Below are positions 10,080 to 19,874 of a stretch of 64,000 bases of DNA, piece by piece (the stretch's first letter is position 1; each line of letters begins with the position of its first letter). The DNA lies in IMG/VR virus record IMGVR_UViG_3300032287_003808, positions 32,001 to 96,000 of that record; one strand, given 5' to 3'. The notes beneath the pieces were generated by a model. That model was not told the origin of the DNA and did not search any database. It worked only from the letters and a program-made list of their open reading frames with translations. This DNA comes from a virus. Both the position numbers and the translations under genes were made by a program.

Positions 10080-10669
10080 TATGTTAATGCTTCAAAATCA
10101 TCATCTATATCTAAAAGAAACTCATCGGTTATCCCTTGATTATTTGAAAGAATAAGTTTTACATCATTCCCATACATTCCTTTATCTTTAACCTCAACCC
10201 TATCTCCTCTTTTAAATAAACCAATATCACTACTTAAAGTAAAAACATCACCTACATTAATTTGGCTTGTCATAATTTCTTCTAATTGAGTCTCTTCAAG
10301 AATATCATCTAATATTTCGTTGATTTCTTTTTTTAATTCATTCATATTATTAGTAAGTTTTTCAACCCCTCTAACACCTGTTATTCTATATCCTGTATTT
10401 ATATAATTACCTTCTGTGTCTGTATTGAATAGGTCGTCTAGATAGTTTTGGATAGATGTGTTCCCTCCATATTTGTTAATATCGTCTTGGGTGATAGAAA
10501 TTGTAGTGTCACCTAAATCTTTTTCACCTTGATTATCTCGAGCTCTATAATATACTTTATATTCTGTTCCTAATTCAAGGTCTTCTAAAAATGATGGTTC
10601 ATTTTCATTTTCATGTAAAGCACGTTTAAGTTCTTCTTTTACTAATTCTCTTAAGCCGTTTAATTTCAT
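10079..10669 (-). CDS. Hypothetical, probable head cargo protein
   Basis: LRELVKEELKRALHE plus internal LKKEINEILDDILEE. Confidence 0.6.
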   Translation of the reverse strand: MKLNGLRELVKEELKRALHENENEPSFLEDLELGTEYKVYYRARDNQGEKDLGDTTISITQDDINKYGGNTSIQNYLDDLFNTDTEGNYINTGYRITGVRGVEKLTNNMNELKKEINEILDDILEETQLEEIMTSQINVGDVFTLSSDIGLFKRGDRVEVKDKGMYGNDVKLILSNNQGITDEFLLDIDDDFEALT

Positions 10670-10926
10670 AATTTATATATTTTCAATTTTAAATTTCCAT
10701 CACCTTTAATAACACGATGCCATTGATGGCGTTCTATAAATATTGGTTGGTTTAATGAGGTTGGTAACTCGTTATCAAGTTGTATCTTCCAATTTGTTTC
10801 TCCAAGTATTTCTATTGTTCTATTTTCATCATCGCGGTGCCACATAAGTTCAATTGGATCTATATTTTCGTTAAACTCACGAATAATATATTTGTCTGTA
10901 ACTTCTATGTCGGTGTATGGGGTCAT
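10666..10926 (-). CDS. Cupin-fold protein
   Basis: WHRDDENR...WHRVIKGDG metal-binding cupin pattern. Confidence 0.65.
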   Translation of the reverse strand: MTPYTDIEVTDKYIIREFNENIDPIELMWHRDDENRTIEILGETNWKIQLDNELPTSLNQPIFIERHQWHRVIKGDGNLKLKIYKL

Positions 10927-11168
10927 TCACCTTTAGGTAAAAACCAGTTTGAACACCATTTTGAAGGGTCTTTAATTTGATTCCCTTCATTATCTATTAA
11001 TTCAGCTGTTCCCATATGTTCTTGATAATATGAATTACCACACATATGTTTTTCGTTTTCTACATAGTAGAATTTACAAACATGACATCCAAACCCCACA
11101 GGTGAATACATGTAAGCGGGTGATTTTTCTGATTGGGTAGTTTCTTTAAGTAGGTCTATTAATTTCAT
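10923..11168 (-). CDS. Small Cys-rich metal-binding protein
   Basis: CHVCKF...C...WCSNW; N-terminal MKLIDLLKE. Confidence 0.6.
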   Translation of the reverse strand: MKLIDLLKETTQSEKSPAYMYSPVGFGCHVCKFYYVENEKHMCGNSYYQEHMGTAELIDNEGNQIKDPSKWCSNWFLPKGE

Positions 11169-11557
11169 TTTGTTTTACCCCATTTTTTACCTTTACCAGG
11201 TGTTTTACATTGAGCAGGTGTAGGACGACATGAAGGATATTTGGCTCGTTTTTCACCTTCTTTTCTACCACATGCTTTACATTTACCATCTCGGCAAGTA
11301 TTACAATCTACCCAACCACCTTCTTTTCCTGGTGTACCTTGGCGTTTAAACCATTTATAGAGTGATTCGTCTTCTTGGATTATTTCTTGGATTATTTCTT
11401 TTAATCCTTTCCATATATCACCTTGTCGGCATCTTTCTATATTGCCTGAGCGGTAAGCAGATGATTTTGGTATTTTACGTCTAGCAATACGTAAGCACCT
11501 ATCAGCTTTCTTTTTTTCTAAGAGAACTTCTTTAATTAAATCTCTTAACCTAGACAT
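11165..11557 (-). CDS. Basic Cys-rich phage protein
   Basis: LYKWFK...WVD...CGRKEGEKRAKYPSCRP, a common phage motif; N-terminal LRDLIKEVLLE. Confidence 0.65.
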   Translation of the reverse strand: MSRLRDLIKEVLLEKKKADRCLRIARRKIPKSSAYRSGNIERCRQGDIWKGLKEIIQEIIQEDESLYKWFKRQGTPGKEGGWVDCNTCRDGKCKACGRKEGEKRAKYPSCRPTPAQCKTPGKGKKWGKTK

Positions 11558-11910
11558 TTTAATTTATAAAGTGTTGATTGGGTTAATTCAATCACAGTAT
11601 CAATTTGATTTTGAATGTAAGAATCTGGGATATCTTGGCGTAATGTTTCTGTAATTTTATACAATGATTCAAAGTATGTTACTACTTGGTTTTTATCTGT
11701 GTAATTTATTAAAGGGAAACTAACGTATTCTTTGATAATTCCGTATTTACCTTGGTAAGATTCTACTAAACCATCTATTAAATCTACAATTCCATCATAA
11801 TAATCATTTAGTGCTTTATGTTCAGCAAATGATAAGGTTTGTAAATGAAACACATGAGCTTGTGTTCTTGAATGCATTAAATAAGATACTAATTTTGAGC
11901 AATTTTCCAT
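11545..11910 (-). CDS. Ferritin/Dps-like protein (DUF5856 type)
   Basis: HVFHLQT.SFAEHKALNDYYD...DGLVESYQGKYG...QNQID. Confidence 0.75.
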   Translation of the reverse strand: MENCSKLVSYLMHSRTQAHVFHLQTLSFAEHKALNDYYDGIVDLIDGLVESYQGKYGIIKEYVSFPLINYTDKNQVVTYFESLYKITETLRQDIPDSYIQNQIDTVIELTQSTLYKLKCLG

Positions 11911-11931
11911 TTTGTTTTATTTTTGTTTTTA

Positions 11932-12813
11932 TCACCAGAATCCTGAGAATGATGATTTTAGTCCAAGTAATTTAGCGTATCGAGGTAAGCGGCAACTCCA
12001 GTATGATGCTTTTGTTTTGTCTGTTTTTTGGGCACATTTATGACGTGCAGCAAATGCTCTACGTGCTTCTGGGTTGTTTATTTTAGCAGACATTCCTGCT
12101 TGCCCGAATGATACTTTTTTGATTCCACCTCCAGGTTTTCTTACATAAACATAAAATTTCTTAGAACCACCACGTTTTGGTTTTCCTATAGGAGGATTTT
12201 TTTTCTTTTTATCAGCTTCATTTAGATTTAAGAGATCTTCATATTCATGATATACACCATAATCTCTTAATATATACCTAATTTCATCTATGTCTATGTA
12301 CTCTTGACCTAATTCAGCAACTAGTTCATTATAAAAGGGATATTTGTCATGGCCTTTTTGTTGGGCTCTATCTAAAATTTTCATTAAAGGAATTTCATTA
12401 GCTCTAACAGATAAATCTATTCCTTCTTCTAACATAGGTAAATCTAATTCTACTAATTTACCTTCGTACATCCCATAATTACCTAAATCAGTTTCAAGTA
12501 AAATTTCTTTATCATCATCATTTACATGAATAATTTCACGTAAATATAAAGCACGAGCTTCCGCCCATAAATCAAGGAAAGATTTAGAGCCATAACGGAA
12601 TGTATTTTCAGTAAGTGGTAATTTATTATCCACGTGATATCGCAGATTATCCGATAATATATCTTTTTTAACTAAACTTTCATTTAGTACTACACCAGAA
12701 TTACCTACATTCTCACAACTATGACATCCACAACTGCAAGAATCTTTTTTAGGTGGAGTAGATAATACTTCTTTTATGAGTTTATGTAAACGTTCCATGA
12801 TAATAAATATCAA
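11932..12813 (-). CDS. Probable head cargo protein with basic C-terminal domain
   Basis: LHKLIKEVL N-terminus; C-terminal KKFYVYV...KKVSFG...ARRAFAARHKC...YWSC. True start probably MERLH. Confidence 0.65.
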   Translation of the reverse strand: MIFIIMERLHKLIKEVLSTPPKKDSCSCGCHSCENVGNSGVVLNESLVKKDILSDNLRYHVDNKLPLTENTFRYGSKSFLDLWAEARALYLREIIHVNDDDKEILLETDLGNYGMYEGKLVELDLPMLEEGIDLSVRANEIPLMKILDRAQQKGHDKYPFYNELVAELGQEYIDIDEIRYILRDYGVYHEYEDLLNLNEADKKKKNPPIGKPKRGGSKKFYVYVRKPGGGIKKVSFGQAGMSAKINNPEARRAFAARHKCAQKTDKTKASYWSCRLPRYAKLLGLKSSFSGFW

Positions 12814-13907
12814 GGAATAAAATAGAAATTACTTTTTAATCCTTTTTCCTTATCCCAAAACATAGCTTCTGCAGATCTTTTAGCACCTATATATCCTTTT
12901 TTATGATGCCATGAATCTGTAGCTGATAGTGAGCTCATATATCGTATGATAACGCCTTGGTATTCTTCTGTTGATTTGTATTTAATCTCTTTTTTTCTAT
13001 GTTCATGTCCTAAATGAAACTCTCTGAATTTAGATAGAGCCCAATCGGTTGGGTTTTCATGAGCCATTATAATAGGTAAATCAGTAATTTTTTCTTCATT
13101 ACCATGTGTGTATCCTATTAGCACATTACCATGCTTATAATACTTTCTAGGACTAGGTGAATTATCAACATTCACATTAGGATTATTATAGAACCATCCC
13201 TCTAATGAATCTCCTAGATAAAAATTTCTTTCATAATCATGATTTCCAGGAACCATAACTACATCAACAGGAGCAATTTGAGATAATTTATTTATATTAT
13301 CTACTATTAATTGTCTTCCGGTACGGAATGTTTTTTGCCATCTAGCATCTTCTTCTTGTGGAGTACCTCTAGTAGTACTATTAAATGGATGAGATCTATC
13401 TGAATTGAAGAAATCGTTTCCTATTGGGAGTACGATTCGTTCTATGTTTTTATTTTGGCATTCTAAAATAAAATCATCAATACAGCTGTTGAATAAATCA
13501 CTAGCTATATTTAAGTTATAATTATGTCCTGTTTCTTCATCCCACGCTATTTTCCCTAAATGAAGGTCAAATATATTAAGTTCTAAAAGTAAAGGTGATT
13601 TATCAACTCTAGGTTTATAAGATATTTTATCTACTTTAGGAGATAATTTTTTAATATCTTCAATAAAATCTTCTCTAATTAAATTAAAAACAGAAGTGTT
13701 TTTATTTTTTAGCCAAATTTTTACTTGAAACAAAGGTGTAGTGACAATTTTATTATCTGGTCCTTTTGCTCCTACTTCCCAAGTATTTAAGACTTGTTTT
13801 TCAATTTCCCACTCATCTAAAGATATGTTATACACATTTAAAAGATCATCAGCGGTAATTATTCTATTAACAATTTCTGATGTTAAAACTTTGGTATTTT
13901 GTTCCAT
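12810..13907 (-). CDS. Calcineurin-like metallophosphoesterase
   Basis: DLHLG, GND, PGNHD, THG, GHEH motifs. Confidence 0.85.
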   Translation of the reverse strand: MEQNTKVLTSEIVNRIITADDLLNVYNISLDEWEIEKQVLNTWEVGAKGPDNKIVTTPLFQVKIWLKNKNTSVFNLIREDFIEDIKKLSPKVDKISYKPRVDKSPLLLELNIFDLHLGKIAWDEETGHNYNLNIASDLFNSCIDDFILECQNKNIERIVLPIGNDFFNSDRSHPFNSTTRGTPQEEDARWQKTFRTGRQLIVDNINKLSQIAPVDVVMVPGNHDYERNFYLGDSLEGWFYNNPNVNVDNSPSPRKYYKHGNVLIGYTHGNEEKITDLPIIMAHENPTDWALSKFREFHLGHEHRKKEIKYKSTEEYQGVIIRYMSSLSATDSWHHKKGYIGAKRSAEAMFWDKEKGLKSNFYFIP

Positions 13908-13961
13908 TAAGTATATTTTAAAACTTAAAAATAAAAAAGATTTTATTAGAAGCCAAACAAT

Positions 13962-14855
13962 TTATTCAGCTGCCTTTATATCTAAATCTGGGGATAATGA
14001 GGTGTATATGTTTTTTATAGTACGAGTCTTTTTAAGTTGGCCACTAGCTACATAAGGTCTGCCAAAATCTACTTCAACCCATTCAACAACTCCCCTACTA
14101 TCAGGTTCTCCTGATCTTGTGCCTGCAGATGCTGCGGCTACTACTTTTCCGGTTCCATAATCCTTATGAGTAAAATCTGATCCTACTCTATATGACGCTT
14201 TTATTCTATAAGGTAATGATTCTGGATCTATTAATGTTTTAGTAGTTTTTATCTCAGGAGTTATAAGAAATTCATAATCAGAGGCTGTAGTTATTCTAAC
14301 TGGTTTTTCAATTTTATTTCTTTCTTGGTGGCTAGCCATGTTAGATTCTATAGTAGCACTATCATCATCATCTAATAGTAATAATGTACGTAGCGTATTA
14401 TCAGATATTACAGCTACATATGAAGTTCCTATATTTATTTTTTTAGTTTCTTTAGTAGTATATTCTGTTTTTAATTTAAGAGGAATTCTACGATTTTCAT
14501 AAACCAAAATAGGTTTCATTAATTTATATCCTATTTTATTAGGGATAGAAGCAGGAAATTCTTTAAGATTTAATAATCTAGATGTTCTTGATATAAGTTC
14601 ATTTTGTATTTGTTCTATAACTTCTTGTTTAGATGTAGGATAATCTTTAGGAAAATTAGTTATATCTAATATTGTTCCTCTTTCTTTTACTCTATCTTGC
14701 CAATGGTTCTGCCAAGTTTCTAATTCATTTAGGTCTATACCTACTTTTTTAAGCTCATTCTCTAAAATTAAAATATCCTTAGGATCACTAATATCAGGGT
14801 ATCCTTTAGAAAACTTATATGATATATTATAAAGAAATTGTTCTAAAACGTCCAT
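13962..14855 (-). CDS. Hypothetical protein with C-terminal Tudor/CarD-like domain
   Basis: YRVGSDFTHKDYGTGKV...VEVDFG; internal HWQDRVKER. Confidence 0.5.
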   Translation of the reverse strand: MDVLEQFLYNISYKFSKGYPDISDPKDILILENELKKVGIDLNELETWQNHWQDRVKERGTILDITNFPKDYPTSKQEVIEQIQNELISRTSRLLNLKEFPASIPNKIGYKLMKPILVYENRRIPLKLKTEYTTKETKKINIGTSYVAVISDNTLRTLLLLDDDDSATIESNMASHQERNKIEKPVRITTASDYEFLITPEIKTTKTLIDPESLPYRIKASYRVGSDFTHKDYGTGKVVAAASAGTRSGEPDSRGVVEWVEVDFGRPYVASGQLKKTRTIKNIYTSLSPDLDIKAAE

Positions 14856-15562
14856 TATTTACTTTCAAGATTTTTCAATTGAGTCATAATTTTTGTGAGT
14901 AATTGATCATCATTAGATCTAATTAAACCTATCATAGCGTTACTCATAGCTTTTACTTGTTGCATACTAAGATTTTTACCGGTTTTTACAGCATTATATG
15001 CCATTTGAAAATCATTAATATCTACTCCTGGGAGCTGTTGGATTAATGGTTTAAGGTTAGCTGCTCCTTTAAGTTCAGTTTCTGAAATGATATTTTTAAT
15101 TTCTTCTTTAATTAGTTTTTTTAAGGCTTCGTTTTTCATTTTTTTAGATTTATTATAAGTATTAGATTCTTGGATGCCAGTTACTGTTCTACCTTCAAAT
15201 TTTTCTTTTAAATAATTAACTAATTTTTGATTCATATTAAAATCATCTTCTAATGGTTTAGTATCAGGTTCATTGTCTATAATATTAGCTGTGATTTTAA
15301 GAAAAGCATTTTCTACAGTATCATCTACTATAGCTGAGAATTCATCGTCAACGTCAATTTTATCTAGCCAAGTTTTGGTTTTTACAGTGTCAGGTTTACC
15401 AAAGAAAGCTTTAATAACGCCTAATGTATTTTTAGCTGCATCCGCGTAAGGTATCAGCCCAGTAATAATATCTACAGTTGTATTACCTACTTTTTCATTT
15501 CTTTGCTGTTTAGTAATAGCTTGAATTGCTTTTTTTAAATCACCATAAGTATTTAATTCCAT
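14855..15562 (-). CDS. Hypothetical, probable head cargo protein
   Basis: Internal MKNEALKKLIKEEIKNIISE motif. Confidence 0.6.
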   Translation of the reverse strand: MELNTYGDLKKAIQAITKQQRNEKVGNTTVDIITGLIPYADAAKNTLGVIKAFFGKPDTVKTKTWLDKIDVDDEFSAIVDDTVENAFLKITANIIDNEPDTKPLEDDFNMNQKLVNYLKEKFEGRTVTGIQESNTYNKSKKMKNEALKKLIKEEIKNIISETELKGAANLKPLIQQLPGVDINDFQMAYNAVKTGKNLSMQQVKAMSNAMIGLIRSNDDQLLTKIMTQLKNLESK

Positions 15563-15573
15563 AATTTACATCA

Positions 15574-16065
15574 TTATGCTTCTGCTGGCACTTCTGCCGC
15601 CGGTGGGGTTTCTTCTTCTGGTGGGGTTTCTCCAGGTGGTGTTTCAGTTGGAGGTAAAGCCCCCATTGCTAAATCTTCGTCTGTAGGGATATCACTCTCA
15701 GCTTTGGCTCCGTATCTTAAAATTCGAGAGATAGCTTCTGCTGCTCTTTCTTCTTCAGGTAAATTTAAAAGATAATATTTTTTACCTTCTACTTGAGCTA
15801 TCCAACTACGTTTACCATAGATAAGATAAAACTCTTGCCCATTTTTTAAATTAATACGAAATGTGGTAGGACGAGGAGCTACCCAATCTATAGAAGACAT
15901 AAATTTATTAAACTCATCAGTTAATAAATCTACAATAATATTTTTTAGTTCAGGGAATTTAGTCAATTCATCATACTCAACAGCTATGGTTTCTACTTTC
16001 TCCTGTCTCTTAATCGCTTGGGGAGCAAGTCGTTTAATACGTGCTATGAGTTCTTCTTTAGTCAT
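15574..16065 (-). CDS. Hypothetical protein
   Basis: ORF in operon; Pro/Glu-rich tail. Confidence 0.75.
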   Translation of the reverse strand: MTKEELIARIKRLAPQAIKRQEKVETIAVEYDELTKFPELKNIIVDLLTDEFNKFMSSIDWVAPRPTTFRINLKNGQEFYLIYGKRSWIAQVEGKKYYLLNLPEEERAAEAISRILRYGAKAESDIPTDEDLAMGALPPTETPPGETPPEEETPPAAEVPAEA

Positions 16066-16802
16066 TATTTTTTATCTTTAAGATGTTGCATTACACTTTC
16101 AGCTAATTTTTTAGCTATGGCATACATTTGAGGATCATCTTCTTTAAATTTTCCAGATTTTTTAAGAGCTTTAACTATTTTTTCTTCTGGTTTAGTGAGT
16201 TTACCTTCATCGATGACATCTTCTTGAGACATAACATCTGTCATGGCATCAATTTGAGGTTCTTTTAATTCAAATTCAAGGTAATTTTTTGCACTACCTA
16301 ACATAGTACACGCTTTAGTAACTTTAGATTGCCACCAAGCTGGTAAGTCTACTTCTTGATCAACACCATCAAACTTATCTAGCATTTTATATAACGCCAT
16401 TGCATTTTGGGCAATTTTATATAACTCACCTTTAATCATATGTGGTTCATCATCTTCATGACCTAAATCAAGATCTTCTTCTAGTTCAATTCCTCGACCT
16501 TTTAAAATGTCTGCTTTAGTTACTTTACCATCTCCTGTTAAATCAGGGAAAGATTTTTTCTTTTCATCTAATGGTTTAGATAAAACATCTTGTACTAATT
16601 TTTTTAATCGATCATTTTCCATTTCTTCTGACGTTGGTTCAGGTGTATATTGTTTAGCAATTTTTAAAGCTCTTTTTTTCATAAAAGCTTCTGCTTTCAT
16701 TCCATACTTTTTTACAAAGTTTCTTTTATTCTTTTTCATCCCGAAAAGAACTTGCTCCATCTTATATTTTTGGTCAGGAGTAAGTTCGTTTTCAGAAATC
16801 AT
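16065..16802 (-). CDS. Probable head/scaffold-like protein with DxxGDG (EF-hand/dockerin-like) loop
   Basis: RLKKLVQDVLSKPLDE; FPDLTGDGKVTKADIL. Confidence 0.55.
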   Translation of the reverse strand: MISENELTPDQKYKMEQVLFGMKKNKRNFVKKYGMKAEAFMKKRALKIAKQYTPEPTSEEMENDRLKKLVQDVLSKPLDEKKKSFPDLTGDGKVTKADILKGRGIELEEDLDLGHEDDEPHMIKGELYKIAQNAMALYKMLDKFDGVDQEVDLPAWWQSKVTKACTMLGSAKNYLEFELKEPQIDAMTDVMSQEDVIDEGKLTKPEEKIVKALKKSGKFKEDDPQMYAIAKKLAESVMQHLKDKK

Positions 16803-16813
16803 AATACAATAAA

Positions 16814-16984
16814 TTAAGCTTTATCTTCAGCAGAGGATACTTTCTTAAATTCACCAGCTAATTTTTTTAATTCGCTAGCGGCTTTACGAGCACGTCCATG
16901 AGCTGCTTTAGATGTTTTTTCGTTTTCTGTTTTTACTGTCTCTAACAATGCCTCCATTGTTGTAATTAATTCTTGTGTGTTCAT
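16814..16984 (-). CDS. Histone H1-like Hc1-family small protein (56 aa)
   Basis: Not in ORF track: MNTQELITTMEALLETVKTENEKTSKAAHGRARKAASELKKLAGEFKKVSSAEDKA; KAAxxRARK...ELKK...FKKVS signature. Confidence 0.75.
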   Translation of the reverse strand: MNTQELITTMEALLETVKTENEKTSKAAHGRARKAASELKKLAGEFKKVSSAEDKA

Positions 16985-17008
16985 AGATTTTATTTATTAT
17001 AGATTTAA

Positions 17009-17452
17009 TTATTGCTCACCTCCACCAATATATTCACTAACAAAGAATTTTAGTGTGTTTCCTATTTGTGTTGTAAGCTTTTCGTTATTCATTCCTTTAG
17101 CTATTTTAAGGGCACTCATTAAATGATCCATAACTTCACTCTCAGTACCTTCCATATTAGCCGCTACATCTTCTAAACCGCTATCAGTTGAAATATCTCC
17201 TACAGGCATTTCATCTTCAGCAGGTATATCTTCTATTTCAGTATCAGTTACTTCAACATCTTCTACTTCTTCGTCTTTTTTCTTTTTAGCTTCTTCAAGA
17301 TCTTTTTCTTCAGAAAGTTCAGCTAAAACCATTTCACGAATTTTAGATCGGATGTCATTTTCTGAAAGGTTTTCTTTAGCTATTACAGGGTTTAAATTCT
17401 CAAGTGCTTTACTTTCAGTTAAGAATTTTTTTAGGTCAAAATTATCTGCCAT
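17009..17452 (-). CDS. Acidic probable head scaffold/cargo protein
   Basis: FDLKKFLTE, IRSKIREMVLAELSE, DLEEAKKK. Confidence 0.55.
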   Translation of the reverse strand: MADNFDLKKFLTESKALENLNPVIAKENLSENDIRSKIREMVLAELSEEKDLEEAKKKKDEEVEDVEVTDTEIEDIPAEDEMPVGDISTDSGLEDVAANMEGTESEVMDHLMSALKIAKGMNNEKLTTQIGNTLKFFVSEYIGGGEQ

Positions 17453-17473
17453 TTTATTTTATTATAAATATTA

Positions 17474-18100
17474 TTATTTCTTGTTGGTTGTGTATAAATA
17501 TTCGGAGAGTAATGTTCCTATGACTCCTACTTTTTGTCTAATATAAATCCATTCATCTTTTGTAATATGATGAGGATTTTGGAATGATACAGCTAATACA
17601 CCTATTAAATGATTATCTAAACTATGAAGCCCAACCATACAAACTGATTTTGTATTGAATTGAGTTGTTAAATATTCTAAACCATAAGTATCTTCTTCTT
17701 CATTTACATCTTCTATTGATAATTCATTATCTTTGTATACTTTAGAAAGTACTCTAGGAAATAAAGATACAGGGATATTTTGAAATGTATTTTGAATATT
17801 AGGTGTTTCAGGAGTACATTTTTCATAGAAAATAGAAAATTTCTGGATTGAGCGGCCTGTTGGGTAGAAATGCCCTCCATTATGGAATTGTGCAATCCAA
17901 ATACGATCACATTCTAATTCCCCCATTACTTGTTCTAATTGGTTATCAATTAATGTAGAAGTTTCAAGAGCATCACGCATCTGGGTTGATGGGTCTTTTT
18001 TCTCCATTTTTAATTTAACCCAATTTACCATAATAGGTCCAACAACAGCTGTGATTAATGCTACTGTTATAGTTGTAATTACAGTTAAGGTTTCCATCAT
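17474..18100 (-). CDS. Single-TM protein with GAF-like domain; possible T4 gpT-type holin
   Basis: N-terminal TM, then DRIWIAQFHNGG...LIGVLAVSF GAF-like strands. Confidence 0.5.
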   Translation of the reverse strand: MMETLTVITTITVALITAVVGPIMVNWVKLKMEKKDPSTQMRDALETSTLIDNQLEQVMGELECDRIWIAQFHNGGHFYPTGRSIQKFSIFYEKCTPETPNIQNTFQNIPVSLFPRVLSKVYKDNELSIEDVNEEEDTYGLEYLTTQFNTKSVCMVGLHSLDNHLIGVLAVSFQNPHHITKDEWIYIRQKVGVIGTLLSEYLYTTNKK

Positions 18101-18666
18101 TTTTTAAGGCTTTCTAAATATTTAATTACTTCATCTAATGATTCTTCTGCACGTTCTTGGTCTATAGAACCGAACCATCTTTCTACTTCACCACTTTCCG
18201 TAACTGTTCCTTGGTTACTTTCTTTAAGTTTTTCTTGAAAGAAAGCTTTATATTCTTTTATCGTTTGATCTATTTCTAAATTAAAAGTATGATCAGTATA
18301 TGTTTGCCATTCACCTTTTATTTTCATTTGGGTTTCTGTAGTTGCTCTGCAATCTAGACACTCACCATATGATTTATAATAGAATGGATCTAATTGTTTA
18401 TCCATAACTTGTTTACAAGCTGGGCAGAATAGGGGTACTGAAACTTTTTTGAATTTATCTAATTTAGTGATATTTTGTTTGATTCCATCTTTGATGGTCC
18501 AAGTACGGCCATCTTCTTGCCAGACGTCACCTTCATCATAATCTTTAGATTCTTTAGTATAACCCACACCATGAGTTATTTTTTCTCCACTTTTGCCTTT
18601 TACAAGGTTTCTAACACGTTGTATGTCTTTTTCAGTGAATTGTTTTTTTAGGACATTTTCTTTCAT
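18097..18666 (-). CDS. Zn-finger hypothetical protein
   Basis: CPAC...CLDC. Confidence 0.7.
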   Translation of the reverse strand: MKENVLKKQFTEKDIQRVRNLVKGKSGEKITHGVGYTKESKDYDEGDVWQEDGRTWTIKDGIKQNITKLDKFKKVSVPLFCPACKQVMDKQLDPFYYKSYGECLDCRATTETQMKIKGEWQTYTDHTFNLEIDQTIKEYKAFFQEKLKESNQGTVTESGEVERWFGSIDQERAEESLDEVIKYLESLKK

Positions 18667-18669
18667 AAC

Positions 18670-19113
18670 TTATTTTTTAATCTTATTTGTCCACCCTCGG
18701 AACATTATATTTCCCTTTTTATAGGCTTCTTCTTCAATTTGTTTTAAATAATTATCTTCATTGATATCTTTAGTTTTAATCCTACCACCTCCAATTCTTC
18801 CATCACATTTTTGTTCATGGTGAATCATTTCATGAGCGAATGAACGCATCACATCTTTAGGATGACGGTTTAAAGTATAAAGAGCTATTAAATTACTATC
18901 AGGACGATAATAAGCTGTTTTGCCAAAAAAATCTTCAGCATTTGAAGTATCATTATCTATAAATTTAACTTTAGGTAAAGGAAGAATATTCATTTCTTCT
19001 TCTAGCATATACTCAATGAGAGATTTAAATAACGGCTTATAATCAAATTCATCAGATTTAGCCGTTATTTCATTTAATAAATGAGTTAATTTTATCATGA
19101 TTATACATATCAT
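18670..19113 (-). CDS. Zincin-like metallopeptidase
   Basis: RSFAHEMIHHEQ...EEEAY; true start probably MIKLTHLLNE. Confidence 0.7.
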   Translation of the reverse strand: MICIIMIKLTHLLNEITAKSDEFDYKPLFKSLIEYMLEEEMNILPLPKVKFIDNDTSNAEDFFGKTAYYRPDSNLIALYTLNRHPKDVMRSFAHEMIHHEQKCDGRIGGGRIKTKDINEDNYLKQIEEEAYKKGNIMFRGWTNKIKK

Positions 19114-19874
19114 GAAATCCGCTTAGCACTCGTTCTAAATTCAGTAAATGATGGAGCGTGATTAGGATTTTCTAAATCAAATATAGTTTTTACTGTTCTA
19201 AATAAATTTAAATTTTCATCTTGGGTTCTATTTGATTCAAATACCTCCCATCCTTTACCTTGCATTTTATCTTTAGCTGCTTTACGTTTAGCTGATTTTA
19301 GCCATAATATACCACGTCTATCTGGTTTTACTCCGAAACATTCTTCATAACATTTATCATATACTGCTACTTGAAATTCATATATTGTATGTATATGATT
19401 AGATGTTTTATAATCTAAAACCCATAGTTGGTCTTCTATTTTACAAACTAAATCACAAGTACCTGCTATTTTTTCTTCGTCTGAGAATAGGTGTATTTCT
19501 GTTCCGATTAATTCAGGTTTGTATGTTTCCCAGAATTCAACAAATTTAAGGAACATTTGCCATACATCAGTATCATATAATGGGGTATTATCTTTAGAAA
19601 GGAAATTTAATTCTTTTCCATTTAAATAATCTTCAATCATGTTGTGTACTTTGGTTCCATCTTCAGCTGATTTTCTCATTATATAATCAGCATTGTTTCC
19701 CATTTGTTTTAACCAATCTTCAAAATACTTTCCTTTAGGATAATATTGTAAGACGTAAGTGATTGAAGGGTAGTATTCTCCATTTCTAAGGTAATACCTT
19801 GAATCAGGCATTGTAATTTGTTGCGCATCTTCAGATATTTGAAGAATACGATTGTGTGGTGTTTTTATATTCAT
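19110..19874 (-). CDS. PD-(D/E)XK exonuclease
   Basis: YPSIT, GTKVH, E...AGTCDL...LDYKTS...Q..VY. Confidence 0.9.
   Translation of the reverse strand: MNIKTPHNRILQISEDAQQITMPDSRYYLRNGEYYPSITYVLQYYPKGKYFEDWLKQMGNNADYIMRKSAEDGTKVHNMIEDYLNGKELNFLSKDNTPLYDTDVWQMFLKFVEFWETYKPELIGTEIHLFSDEEKIAGTCDLVCKIEDQLWVLDYKTSNHIHTIYEFQVAVYDKCYEECFGVKPDRRGILWLKSAKRKAAKDKMQGKGWEVFESNRTQDENLNLFRTVKTIFDLENPNHAPSFTEFRTSAKRIS

Noticed and set aside
17713-17910. Nested minus-strand ORF inside 17474..18100
   Set aside because: Alternative-frame ORF with no independent support.
19110-19874. Cas4 call for the PD-(D/E)XK nuclease
   Set aside because: It lacks the four-Cys Fe-S arrangement and sits beside the primase like an ordinary phage exonuclease.
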